DNA of 60,183 nt, filler included, from Dugesia japonica (taxonomy: Eukaryota): assembly GCA_001938525.1 (NCBI GenBank). It is 6 parts of 6 records of this genome, joined end to end, with 100 filler letters (N's around TTAATTAATTAA, not from the genome) between each part and the next. Parts side by side here need not be neighbours in the genome. Positions count along the whole stretch, not along the records: positions 23,444 to 31,772 come from MQRL01626740.1; positions 31,873 to 40,873 come from MQRL01614022.1; 4 more parts are not named here. The stretch is one strand, 5' to 3'. Position numbers and translations under genes: made by a program. Below, piece after piece: positions 24,560 to 37,403 of this stretch. How positions within the stretch are numbered: the first letter of the stretch is position 1; every line of letters begins with the position of its first letter. Under the pieces are notes generated by a model, which worked only from the letters and a program-made list of their open reading frames with translations, ran no database searches and was not told the DNA's origin.

Positions 24560-25370
24560 ATTCTATACGTCTGTATTTTGAACCTTTTGAACCCTGCAAT
24601 ATTACTGGGATGAGGTGATAGGAATTCCATAATTTCGAAAGAGCTATCATATATATAATCGTTTTTCTTTCATTTTGCCGGATTTTTCTTCACCAGGACT
24701 TTATCTCCTACTTTAAATTTCCTTTCACCTTTCTTGATTCATAATTTTTTTGAAACTTCATTTAGGTTCTTATTGGGCTTTTTCAGAACTTCTTTATGGT
24801 TACAACATCTATCACAATTTGTTCCATGGGGTTAGCTGGTATCTTGATATAAATCTTTTCTTAACCTTCTCACTACAAACCTTCCTATGCATACAAAAAT
24901 GACATTATCTGATAACATTCTGAATATCCGTAATCATATTCGGGAAGAAGAAATAATCAGATACATATTTTGTTGTTTTCTTTATTTCAACATGACATAA
25001 GTCTTTGAGTTTTGTTCTCAATATTAGTTACTCATCTTTTGGGAACCACAATCATTTGCTTACCATTTGACTCGATTAGCAGCAATTCGTTTTTAATTAA
25101 AAACCTATTTAAATATTTAAAATATTGGGAGATTTTTACCGTTTCGATCCAATAAATTTTGATTTACTTAAATAATTCATCTTCTTTAAATTCTTTTTTG
25201 TAATTATGTGAATCACTTCTGAAAACATTCATAACATTTAAATATTTTATCTTAAACGATTTGGACTTGGCATTTTCATGTTCAGTCTGGCATAGTGAAC
25301 ACTAACTGGGTGTTCTACTTGACATGCCATCAGCATTAAATGATGTTGCCCTTTCCTATACTTCAATATA
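24560..25370 (-). mobile_element. Decayed gypsy RNaseH-end/integrase
   Basis: ADGMSSR..CSLCQTEHENAK, FFPNMITDIQNVIR*CHFC, FKVGDKVLVK. Confidence 0.7.
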
Positions 25371-26189
25371 AAATCAGATTCCTAGTCACGCATTATACTT
25401 TTCAGAAACCTTGATGCATATGCTAGAACGCTTTCAATACCGTTATGATAGTAGAACTATTCTCGTTATCAGTGATGCTGCCTTTAACTATTGCGGTCAC
25501 TCTTAGTCATTTTTAATTTCAATGCATATGCACACAGTCATCTCAGTGGAGGACGTTTTTGAATAAGATATTATAGGCTAGATTCCATTAAAAGCAATTT
25601 AAATAAATAAGCAGCAGTAATTACAGCATTATCACACTTTTTTCAAATTTCAAGCCAGATTCGTTTTTTGTGTCCGACTTCGCATAACAAATTTATTGAA
25701 AACACTGATTAAAAACAATTTAATCAACAATTATATGTAAAAATTAAAATAGCCAGTCTTTGATTTGAAGGCGAGAAAAGAAAAAAATGGTTTGTGGGGA
25801 ACCTGTGGCCTTCGTGAGTTTTTAGCGTGACCTCCTTTAAAGCTACTTCATTATTCTTATTTGAGTAATAAAATAAAAATAACTACACAAAAACTGAAAC
25901 AATTTCATAAAAGTGTAATTGAAACGTCGACATATCAACTAATGCGGCCTCCTTTATTACATCCTGATTTAAAAGATTCCCATCTATGGATTAGATGAAA
26001 TGTTATGATAATTTGATTACATTGAAAATCAATCAAATTGGTTTATTGGCCAATAAATAAAGATTCTAGTTATTAGAAAAGAGCAAAGTTAAAATTATCA
26101 TCTTAATTTTTTCATTAAATGAAAATAACTATTTACAAATTTAATGTGAAAAAATGAAATGTAGACAAAACAGAACTCAAATCATTTTA

Positions 26190-26972
26190 TTAATCAGAAT
26201 CTTCACTTTCATCATCAAAGTCTTCTCCAATAACAATTTTTGGCTTCACTCTCGATTTTGAGGTTCTTGTTATCAATACAGTTTTCCTACCTGTTTCTTC
26301 GATTTCCTCTTCCGATTCAATGTCTGACGCTTCAACAAACTCCCTTTCTTCTTCATCCATGTCAACATCTTCGTATTCAGATTCATTTTCGAACTCCTCA
26401 ATATCATTTTCCTTCAAATAGTTTTCAAAATGAATTTTATTGAGATTCGCTATTCCATTCTTTTTAACCAGACGCTCAATTAAATCAGTTTCTATAGATT
26501 TTTCGACATTTGCACCTTTCAGAGCCTTCATTTCTCTTCTGTTTTCGTTTCGTTCAACTTTACGAGATTTAGCAATTAGAACTTTGGTGGTGTTCAATGC
26601 TATCTGTCTTCTTCGTTTTATCACTTTTTTTAAACATGCGAATCTGGTTTTATTTTTTTTGATGATGTGTGCTGGCCAATAAATTAAATGGCGATTTATT
26701 TGATCTAAAGCTTGATCGACGTTTTCCTTTAATTTTATTTTTTCCCAATGCTTAGCTGGATATGGCATTCTCTCTGGTTCTCTAATATATAAATAGAGAA
26801 TATTATCCTTCTCTTTAACTGTTGCGTATCTGTAATTCGCCAAGGGACATGCTGTTCGGTTGCAGAGACCATTTATGCTATATTCATTTTTACAGAATTT
26901 CTCAGTTTTAGTCTTGCACATGAAGCTACAATGATTCTTACTTATTATATCCCATATGATATCTTCACTCAT
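26190..26972 (-). CDS. MAK16: MAK16 homolog (60S biogenesis factor), 260 aa
   Basis: DIIWDII..HCSF, FCKNEYSINGLCNRTACPLANYRYATV, WEKIKL, LIYWP, acidic C-terminus; probable 43-nt 5' intron 26973-27015 ending at the ATG. Confidence 0.96.
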   Translation of the reverse strand: MSEDIIWDIISKNHCSFMCKTKTEKFCKNEYSINGLCNRTACPLANYRYATVKEKDNILYLYIREPERMPYPAKHWEKIKLKENVDQALDQINRHLIYWPAHIIKKNKTRFACLKKVIKRRRQIALNTTKVLIAKSRKVERNENRREMKALKGANVEKSIETDLIERLVKKNGIANLNKIHFENYLKENDIEEFENESEYEDVDMDEEEREFVEASDIESEEEIEETGRKTVLITRTSKSRVKPKIVIGEDFDDESEDSD

Positions 26973-28559
26973 CTATAAAAGAAATAAATGTTGAAATTTA
27001 AATTTATAAACATACTTTAAAAAAAACCTCCTTAAATTGTGAATATTAAAACAAAATAAATTGATTATTTTGATTATTGTAATTTGAAATTTCAATAAGA
27101 TTAAAATATTTTTATTAATTCTTTTTATTTAAAAGTTTTAATTTGGAATAAAACCTTATAATCTTTAAAGAGTAATTCTATCTATGTTTAGTAATCTATT
27201 ATTAATAACGAAACCGGGATTAAATCTACATATAACTGTAAAGATCATAGATTAACAAATTCTTAAATTTTTTATTATTTTTTACAATTTTTGACAGTGA
27301 CATTGTTATTTTTTGTTTTATAATTTTTTTATTGTAAATTAACCAATTTTTCTTTAAAATAAACTATTTTCAAAAAAAGCAAATATTAAAATTTTTAATT
27401 TTCTTTATTTTTGTTAATTATCTGAATTTTAACTAAAGACTTTTAAGAATTCACTTTTCATTAATTTCTAGATGTTAAAAAGTGAATTGTTGAAAATTCA
27501 GACAAAGAAATTTAATCATTTTCATCATTGCTTTTTATTTTTTATTAATGTTCGGGTGAAATAACATGTACCGCATGCATACAAAACATAACATACCACA
27601 AAATCTAAGCAATCAATTCATCCGCAACAAAATCAATTCAATCAAAATCGCAAAATCAATAACCCAAGACCAGGATTAATATCCCAATTAATATTATAAC
27701 AATTTATTTATATTTTTAATTTAATCAATTTTTTGACAATTTATTCTGTCTCAATTATCAATTTTATGATTTATATTTTATTTTTATGATTCGCATCAAA
27801 CCGAGCTTTATGATTTGAAATTTTAAATGATTTTCATATAATTGAATTTGTAAATATTGGAATCTTATTATAATAATTCAAATAAGTTAATAAATGACGT
27901 TAAGCACCTACTTAAGATATTTGTGATGAGATGGCAAGAAATGTGACGTCACATCAAAAATCAAAATGATGCAAAATTTTAAAATGTCAAAAAATATCTT
28001 ACTTAATAAATAGTAAGTTGGATGTTATAACAATTGCATAATAATAATTTTTTTGATTATTAACCGAGGTAAGCAACAATCATTCTATATTAGTTATTAT
28101 ACTATGAGCAAGCCAGTAAGTGCTGGCATGTTAGTAATGAAAGTTTAATTTCATTTTTCCAGATTAAAAAAAATCAGATATTTCTTTATATTTGATAAAA
28201 TTGGAAATATTAGTTAATAAGTTGTTTAGTTATTTTTTTATTTATTGATTTATATCAATTTAATTTGCTTATATAAATAATGTAATTTAACATATATTTT
28301 TGGATTAAATTGACCATTGAAGGATACAACTAAAATGTACCAATGTCTTTTAGCTGCATACGTTCTAGCATATTCTACAAATATCAGAAGGATTTCCCAA
28401 GAAGAAGAAAAATGGAATGCCATGAAATATTTTACGAATTTCGAAGTTAAAGCTGATAATTACTTACAAGCAGTAGCGTTGCCAGAAATATATGAAGGGG
28501 GTAGTTTAAATTTTTTCAAAATTTTTTTTTGTTTACTTACATAAAACATAAGACTTATT

Positions 28560-29430
28560 AAATAATGACGTCATTAGCTGACTCTTTACAATATAAGGAC
28601 AAAATATGGGATATCAGAAAAAATAATTATAGTATACTGAGAATCCAGACAAGTGTCACAGTATTTCTTCAAATAATTTCAAATTGTTATCCGAATACAG
28701 ATCTTCTCTGAAATCTTTTTCTACATCATTTTCAATTTTATCATCAACAAAATTTTCGATATCGTCCAAGTCCAAAGCTTCATTCGAAGTAGAATTTATT
28801 GGTATATAAAAACAGTCCATTACGGCTAAATGGAGTGCATAATTATGGCAAAGCTTTTTATTACTGCAGCTGTGTCTTTAGTTGATGCGATAGCATTACT
28901 TTTTAAAGAAATGCCAAAGTTCGCTAGATTAGCTTCAAATGAATATTTAATAGTTTCTTTATTTTTTGCTTAACTATTTCTGTTAAACCCAGTACATAGC
29001 ATTCAACTTTATTTGATTCCATTCAAATTACATGAACTGTTAGATTTACATAACGTAAGATAAGGCAATTTGTCCATTCATCCACAGTAATAGCAAATTT
29101 ACGATTTGCTTTTTGATATTTTTCAAATTTATTTCGCAGTTCAATACATTTTTCTTTATAAAAGCTGATGATGCATTTTGAAATAGTTGTTGGACTTTTT
29201 GGCATTTTATAACCGTTTTGTTGCACATACCATCAAGTGCTGCGACTTTTGACAATATTTCATTTAAAGACTGTCTGTTTACAAAGTTCAAAATAGTACT
29301 TGTTTCAATTTTTTGCTTTTTATGCGGAACATTATTTTATTCATAATTTTCCCTTGATACAGATTTAGATATAAATATGTTGTGCCGTAACATCAAATGA
29401 TTAATCATAGGAGTTACAACCTACGCCACT
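28560..29430 (-). mobile_element. hAT transposase pseudogene
   Basis: MINHLMLRH (BED end), LSKVAALDG, FAITVDEWT..RYVNLTVH, CHNYALHLAV. Confidence 0.8.
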
Positions 29431-30489
29431 GGTTACAAGAAGTAATGACGATTTCCTTTACAAAAGGATCGTTTCTTACGTTTTGGTCTATTCAAATATA
29501 AGGTTTTGATAAAAAAATATTCCAAAAATAAACCTTTTGAAATATCTCAGAAATGTGTATCTCAGTCTGATAGACAAGTGCTATATTATGAGCCCGATGA
29601 TTGGATACATAGTAATATTTTTCCCGCTTTATGAATAATTGCTATAGCTCAGTGTGTTTGCAGTTACAAATTGACATTTTGAATTCAGATCCTTGTACGA
29701 ACGAGAAAAACGCAGAATGCTTATACAGGAAAAAATATAGAAGTGAAAGAGAAAAATGAATCAAAAAAGCAGATGACAATAAAGGTAATCAAAACAGTAA
29801 CAATAAGATAATATTGTTGTTTAAGTATTCAAAAAACAGTTTTATAAATTTTGAAAAGCGTATTTATATTTATATTTAATGAATCAAGATGGTATTGTAA
29901 CTAGCAACCACATCAAAATCACAGTTCTCATAAAGTGTCAGCAGTGGATGACAATTGTAGAATCATTGCCAAATAATGTTCAAGAATCCATTTATTCAGT
30001 AATAAAAAAGTTTTTTGGCTACAAGGAAGAAGATGCAAATTGAAGATTTTGTAACCACAAATTCTTTAAATTTATCTGCAGCAATCGATCTATTTCTGTA
30101 CGGTGACTAGAAAAAATTATGAATAGGCATTAAAGAAAAAATAAAGATTCCGTCAGATTAAGATACAAGAAATTGGTATAGTTCAAAGTATATCAAGTCG
30201 AAAATTTTTTTACAAAAGATCGACGATTTGAGCTAAGTTAATCAACGATCAAATCAAAGATATGAAAAGTTTGCTATTAGACTGAGACAGTTGGTAAGAG
30301 AAATTTTGACGGTGAATTAAAAAGAAGACATGACCGTGAAGGATATAATTTCAAAATGAATTTGTTCCAGAACAGTAAAGTAGTCAATCGCAATGAACTC
30401 AGATATATTCTTGGAAAAATTTGAGAAATTGACGATAAATTTAAAAAACTCAATGAGTATTGAAGAAAAGTCAGAAGTTATTACAACTA

Positions 30490-30951
30490 CTACTACTTTT
30501 GGTTGATCATGGTCCATTAGACATTGCACGCATGTTCCGTATGTATTTCTTGAATGCATATCTGCATTACCATGTGCTGTACCTTTTCTAAATGCCATCT
30601 TAATATCCAGGGTACTCGAATAATTGATCCATATTTGGAATTGTGCCGTTATTGGTTTTTTAGTAGTTAGCATGATTGTAATCGCTTTATGATCTGTACG
30701 TAGTTTAAATCTTTTACCATACAAGTAGTGATTGAAATGCCGACAGAAATAGTAGATCGCCAACAATTCTTTCCTAGTAATACAGTAACCCCGTTCATGA
30801 TCATTCATGGAATGAGATCCATATGATATTACATGTTCATGTCCGTATTCATCCTTTTGAGATAATACCGCTCCAATGGTATCAAAACTTGCATTGGTGT
30901 CGAGTATAAATTCTTTTCGGAAATCTGGGAATATCAATATTGGAGAGCTTA
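30490..30951 (-). mobile_element. Gypsy RNase H fragment, same family as 11362-14242
   Basis: FILDTNASFDTIGAVLSQKD...YCITRKELLAIYYF...RTDHKA...HGNAD. Confidence 0.92.
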
Positions 30952-31229
30952 NNNNNNNNNNNNNNNNNNNNNNNNNNNNNNNNNNNNNNNNNNNNNNNNN
31001 NNNNNNNNNNNNNNNNNNNNNNNNNNNNNNNNNNNNNNNNNNNNNNNNNNNNNNNNNNNNNNNNNNNNNNNNNNNNNNNNNNNNNNNNNNCCTAAAAAAC
31101 TCATTACTAAGAAATTTATTACTAGATGATTTTTTAATATTATTATTATTTAAATTAAAATACTCTATTTTATTTACATTTTTATAGCCAATATCATTAT
31201 CAACATCAAAATTACCTAATAAATCGCTC

Positions 31230-31620
31230 CGACCATCGCCTCTCTAGAAGGAGCTTAACCCTTTGGGTACTCTATAGCTTCATATTCCCCAGTTAGTTCA
31301 TTGCTTTGTTCTTCTACTGGTGTATCCTCATTAGAACCGATAGCTGCTATCATTTTTTGATTTTTCTGTTCCTCTGTTGATCTCTGTTCATGAAATCTCT
31401 AGTCTCATTACTCTGATTTCTGAAATTACCATGTCTCTTATTATTTATATTATCAACTATTCTCGCTTTCTGTCTTCTTTCTAAATTTGTGTAACACTCT
31501 ATTGTCTTATGTCCCTCAGAAGACATCTTCCACACTGAATTGTTGGGCATTCTCTACGCATGTGTCCCAATGCTCCACATGCATAGCATTGAATACTTTT
31601 TTTCATTTGGCAATCTCTGT
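31230..31620 (-). mobile_element. Gypsy gag fragment with two CCHC zinc knuckles
   Basis: CYACGALGHMRRECPTIQCGRC...(frameshift)EGHKTIEC. Confidence 0.8.
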
Positions 31621-31872
31621 TTATATGCCCTGGTTTTTAGAATGTCCAACAAACTGGAATTCGTCTACTTTCATCATATTTATTTATTTTCATATTTGTG
31701 TTGGGGTGAAACACCGGACTAAGGAAAAAAATAATGGTGTAAGTAGACACGGAATTCGAAAGATCTACATAANNNNNNNNNNNNNNNNNNNNNNNNNNNN
31801 NNNNNNNNNNNNNNNNTTAATTAATTAANNNNNNNNNNNNNNNNNNNNNNNNNNNNNNNNNNNNNNNNNNNN

Positions 31873-32370
31873 TTGCGGTAAAACTGAGTTATGTATTTTT
31901 GATCGTCCATCACCTCAAGCAGTTATTGAAAATGCTGCATTTGATGTTTTTTCCAATGAATTCAATTTCTGATTCAAAAAGTGATGTATAGTTTTATATA
32001 AATAGATCTTAAACTGAATATTTAGATTTGAAAGATATTTTATTGTATATTAAAGTGAAGGTAGTTAATAAGGCAGTAAAGATTTGAGTGACAAACATGA
32101 TGCGATTCCTAGTAACTATATGTTGCATACACTTTTTAAGGATTTAACTCTTTAATTTGATAATTACAAAATTAAAGATGGAAATGGAACCTATATTCAA
32201 AAAGCATTAATTGAAACTATATTGAATTATAATGGTGACAGTAAAAATATTTGTCTTACAGCAATGGGGTATGCATCAGAGGAAAATAGAAAAGCTTCTA
32301 TAAAAATATCCAAATCATTGTCTCTATGTAGTTCATTGCAATTAGATTATATGGATCAACCGAAATATTT
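31873..32370 (+). pseudogene. Polinton major capsid N-terminal half (second copy)
   Basis: CGKTELCIFDRPSPQAVIE...EYLDLKD..LYIKVKV; YIQKALIETILNY; SLCSSLQLDYMDQPKY, nearly identical to the peptide at ~7245-7290. Confidence 0.85.
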
Positions 32371-33288
32371 TGATTCTTTGCTTACTACAACAGATTTTTT
32401 AGAGATTTTTGATGACCTTATTGTTGAAAATATAGTTTATAGTTTATATATCCTTTTTATTGAAAATATATTAAACCCTATGAAAACACTATAACTTAGA
32501 AAATTAAATAAAACATTTCAAAATCATATAAAAGCTTATAATTATCTTATTACATCATGCAGCTACTTTATAGAGCCCATATAATTACCACATAACATAT
32601 ACAAAACCATATTAAAATCATATTATGTCCAAATAAACTCATATAATTACCTTATGAATCCTAAATAACCATATTAAACATTATAATGAACTTAAAAAAC
32701 CCGTATAATTATTATGTAAACCGTATTATTACTCTATATATAAAACTTAGAAAATTATATTAAAACCATACAGAACCTTATAGAATCGTGCAAAGTCCTA
32801 TTAACTCTACAAAATTATTTAAAATCGCACATGCACTCCTATTCTACTTAATAGTAATGTTATTTGTCTTACTTCCATTCGTGGTACAATGTCTTTGTTT
32901 CAGCTGCTCACGTGTTGCAAATAATTATTGATATGAATGTAATTCAAAAAATTATGTTTTCGTAACAATTCATTTCCACAAATGAAGAAAATATGATACG
33001 CATTTAAAATTTACTTAACTTTTTGAACATGAATAAATTTGAAAGAAAATAATAAATTTATTGTTTAAGAATATATTTCACTTCAAATTGGATGTAGAAG
33101 AATTTTAGATAATCATATAATGCTTCAATCATCTTTAGTTACATTAAGTGAACTACTACTTAACAAGTGAGAAAATAGTATCTAATGTACCACTAACTGT
33201 CTTAGTAGACTATGTGGTCCACGTATAAAATACATAANNNNNNNNNNNNNNNNNNNNNNNNNNNNNNNNNNNNNNNNNNNNNNNNNNC

Positions 33289-33515
33289 GTTGAACCGTCA
33301 GTATTGGCTGGTCATCAATTGGGATTAAATAAGAAAAATGCAATTTATCTGATAAGAAAGACGGAAATTGTTGAGTTTGCAATTAGTACATCATTTTATA
33401 AGGAGCAAATCTTTGGTGATCGTCGTTTACCCAACTTTCTTTTAATTACATTTCAAAATGGAGATCAATATAATGGTAGTTATAAAGCATCTACTTCAAT
33501 ATTTCAACATTTAAA
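33289..33515 (+). pseudogene. Polinton major capsid, downstream fragment
   Basis: VEPSVLAGHQLGLNKKNAIY...FYKEQIFGDRRLPNF...YNGSY..STSIFQH. Confidence 0.85.
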
Positions 33516-34905
33516 TGGCATATCTTCTAAAACGATCTGAAATTCTATACTTCTACAATTCAACCGAAAATGAAGGAGCTGCTTGCGTCGATTTGTTGGA
33601 TGAATATCAAACTCAATGTGTTGTGCAATATTTTAAATAACTCTCCTCAAGATGCATGTACACAAACAAAATCAATATAGACTCCTGGTGTCTCGCAGCA
33701 AGTCCAAGAATAAACAAACTAAACCCATCTCTAAATGAATGTCTCGAATGGATAAATGGGAAAAAAGCATGGAAAAACTCAAATGCAAAGAAAACGCACT
33801 TTCAGCGAATAAGAACTGCGATAAATTTTTTCGAAAGGATTCATGATACAGATATATCGTTTAATGTACTTAATAAAGAAATAGTCCTTTATATGACAAA
33901 CAAGACAAAAGAAAAATATGTTATTACTCATATCTCTCGTAAAGAAATTTCAAATATCATTCACAAAGTACTATTTGATTCATACGCTGAAAAATGGAAA
34001 ATAAGCAAAGTAAACAACTTGATATTCTCAGCTATTCAAATGAGCCTTATTATTAATAAAATGATTTTCAAAAGTGACCTCAATGAATTTCAGTGGAATT
34101 TCATTCATAGTGCACGAACAAAATCACTATCGATACGTGGTAGATCCTTTTATGAAATACAAAACTGTCGGGGCTGTTTTACTGAAAATGAATCTTTATC
34201 GCATGTTCTTCAAAAATGCAAAATGAATCAGGCAATAGCAACTGAAAGACTTCACGCTTGCCTTGAAATTATTGTCAACAAAATTAAAACTTCAAATTTT
34301 ATTGTTGAGTTCAATAGAATAAATAAATTTATTTCGGATTCTAGGGAAAGAGTGGATGTTACAGTAACTAATGTTGAAAAAAACAATATATTTAATTGAT
34401 GTCAAATGCCCAATAGACTTCGAAAAGAATTTTGAAGAGTGTAATAAAAGAAATTTGAAAAAATATGATCAGCTAAAAAATAAAGTGAAAATAGCGAAGC
34501 CTGACTTTGAAGTAGAATTATATACTTGCATAATTGGATCACTTGGCTCAATTCCTGCCACAACCATTTGAATTCTGGAAATTAAAAAAATAAAAAAATA
34601 TATAATTAAAAGAATATTAAAAGATTGCTCCAAATCAAATATAGCATACTCAGCAGAAATATGGAAGTTCCACAAAATTGGTATTAGAAACCACAAAATA
34701 ACCTTCAATATTGAAGAATAGTATTTAAAGAATTGAAGAAATGTGTGTGGGTTCCATGTAGAACCAAAAACAAGACTNNNNNNNNNNNNNNNNNNNNNNN
34801 NNNNNNNNNNNNNNNNNNNNNNNNNNNTGTGTGGGTTCCATGTAGAACCAAAAACAAGACTGTTTGTTTATTCAAACTTGTTATATTTAATAAATTTTAT
34901 TTCAA
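33515..34905 (+). mobile_element. 5'-truncated REL non-LTR retrotransposon (NeSL/R2-group) abutting the capsid fragment
   Basis: WNFIHSAR, CRGC...ESLSHVLQKC knuckle, RERVDV...IYLIDVKCP (PD-(D/E)xK-type), IIGSLGS, IWKFH; AATAAA near 34889. Confidence 0.88.
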
Positions 34906-35920
34906 ATTGCTCCATTAACGAGGCGCTCAACTGGCCTCAGACGCATATCATCCGCACGATATCTAAATCCTGGTGGTCGAAAATTCATGTGATTTACCTA
35001 TCGAAAGAAAAAATTTGATTTTCAGAGCAGTGAGCTCGGAATTTGAAATGAAATTGTTGATAACCTATCTACAGGAAATTATCTGGATTTTTTAAGAATA
35101 AGCGAACAATGACTAAACTCTTACAAAACATTCTGAGCTGGTCAAATACTGGAAAATGGAACGCTCAATTTCAACGTGGTTCCATTTCCATTTCAATTGG
35201 TGCGTCCCCACTCTCGAAAAAGCTTCTCTATGATAGGTCTATCTTTCAAGATTAGTGGCATATTATACATAGGGCATGAACATGCACTCTTCCTGTAGGA
35301 TCTTATCTTAGTCTCGGAAATAAAGTCTGCAGAAGATGTGCCCTTCATGTTGAAACTCAAGCCCATGTCCTTTGCCACTGCGGTTTATCATCGGATTTTC
35401 GCATTGGGCGTCACACTGATGTTCTGGAACTTCTTGCGGACTTTGTTTGACATAATAAGAGTTTCAAAGTTATTGTTGGCCGGTTATGTGAATTTATGAA
35501 CCGCGCTGATTGAGTTGATTTACAACTGATCAATGTGGAAAAGAGAATGATTATATTGCTGCATTTGAAAATTTCTTATGACACTTCTAACAACATCAAA
35601 TTAGCCAGAGACAACAATATCAGGAAATATACACCATTCATTATATATATTAAACGTAATCTTCCCAATTGGAATGTTTATCTTAAGACGATCTCAGTAG
35701 GATATCTGGGATCGTGGTGTGTTGAAAATGAGTCTATCCTGAAATACGTTGGTCTCAAAGTCAATATTATAAGGAAGTTTGCACTTGCAAGCATAAAAAT
35801 CTGCACCACATGGTCTACAAAGAACTGGCAATTTCACAATGGACAAGCTAATTGAGCTGACTTTGATATGTCTGTTATTAATGATGTCAGCGACACTAAG
35901 TTCTTTGTGTATAATTAAAT
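34906..35920 (+). mobile_element. Second, diverged REL non-LTR retrotransposon 3' part
   Basis: KVCRRCALHVETQAHVLCHC...GRH knuckle (~35325-35415); LKISYD...ARDNNIRKY...VGYLGSW...WQFH. Confidence 0.8.
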
Positions 35921-37096
35921 TCATATGGTTCCTCTTCTAATGTTGGTTCTTCGTGCCATTTCTTCTTAGTGTCTTTCGTTTTCGTTGATTTTTTACAGTG
36001 ATTCGCTAGCTTAACCGAGATATAAAGTCTTTAGGGAAGATTTTCCGGTTTGAAAGACAGCCTTTGTTTATCTTGGTGTAGTTTGCGTGTAGTTCCCCCT
36101 TTAGAAAAACAAAATTTTTTCAAAGTTGATTTTTTGTCCTATAAATCAAAGTAATTCATAATTGATTTTTTCTATAAAACAAAAGTAATTCATGGTTGAT
36201 TTTTCTTATAAAAGTAAAATAAAATTATTTACAACCCACATTCACCTGTGACTAATAAATCATAAAATAAAATAAAATATCCGATCAAAAAATAAAATTA
36301 TTTACAGATTATAATAATTCGTAAAATAAAATAAAATGTCTGGTCAAAAAAACAGAATAGTTCAAAAAATAAAACGTCAAAGATGCAATCAAATAAAATG
36401 TCTGATGCATGGAGCTTAACTGATGGGATTGTTCGGTTGATTTTGATTATCTGCTCGAATATTGTTTATTATGTGGATGCATGTATATATTTTCTGAATG
36501 TGTGTATGTATCTTATGTTTCGCTCTTTCCCAACAATTATTTAATCATGAATATTTTGTTTAAGTTGATTTTTGAAATTTGTAATTAATGAGCATCGAAA
36601 AAAATTTTAAATGCTTTTAAATGATTTTTAAAATAAAAATTTCTTGTACATAATGACAAAATATTAATGGAAAGAAAGAATTTGATGAACATTTAAAAGC
36701 ATTTTAAATCACGAAAATAAAAAATAATCTTACATTTTCATGTTAGTTGAACATAAAATCAAAAGACTTCTGTTTATTAAAAATAAAAGACTTATATTTC
36801 GGATTTGTAAAAAACTACGTGTTTATAAACTAATCGGGCAATCTGAAATCACTTATTGTATTAAATATTAACATATTAATAAATACAATACAATACTATA
36901 AAATACAATACAATTTCAATGATCTCAAAAATCGATCTTTTGAACTAATATTGCACTCCAATGTTGGAATTATCAACCGTTAGAATTCACTTTCTAATTT
37001 AAAATCACAATTTTTATAATTTCATAAGATTTAAACTTTCTTTAAATTATCCTTCTTCTTTTTTGGTTTTAATACTAAATTGCATTGATTCTTAAC

Positions 37097-37403
37097 CAGT
37101 GCTCCCCAACCTCGTCTCGAGTGCGCCGCCAAATAATTACAATTATTTTATGTATATTATTATTATTTGATTTGAATAAATGAAAGATTTGATAAATTTA
37201 AATAATATCAAATTTAAATAATATTAAATATTAAATTCATATTAAATTCAAATATTCATTCAAATATTAAATATTACATTCAATATTAAATAATATTTAA
37301 ATAATATTAATTACTGAAATCAATATTAATTAGTTCCGATGCTCCGGGAAAGTTTGGTGTAATTAAATGCGCTTCACCACCCCTGAAAGGTTAAGAACCA
37401 CTG
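37097..37403. mobile_element. hAT (Charlie-like) MITE
   Basis: CAGTGCTCCCCAACCT...AGGTTAAGAACCACTG ends; TSD degraded; a similar right end at ~38313. Confidence 0.55.

Noticed and set aside
26240-26682. Plus-strand ORFs overlapping MAK16 (and 123-329 over U1C)
   Set aside because: Antisense shadows of real genes
28317-28544. Possible host exon; also coding-like patches at 4078-4280, 4802-5065 and 45655-45745
   Set aside because: No recognisable motif or consistent exon chain; left uncalled
34741-34862. Direct repeat TGTGTGGGTTCCATGTAGAACCAAAAACAAGACT as a CRISPR-like or target-site repeat
   Set aside because: Two copies flank an N gap; most likely an unmerged contig overlap
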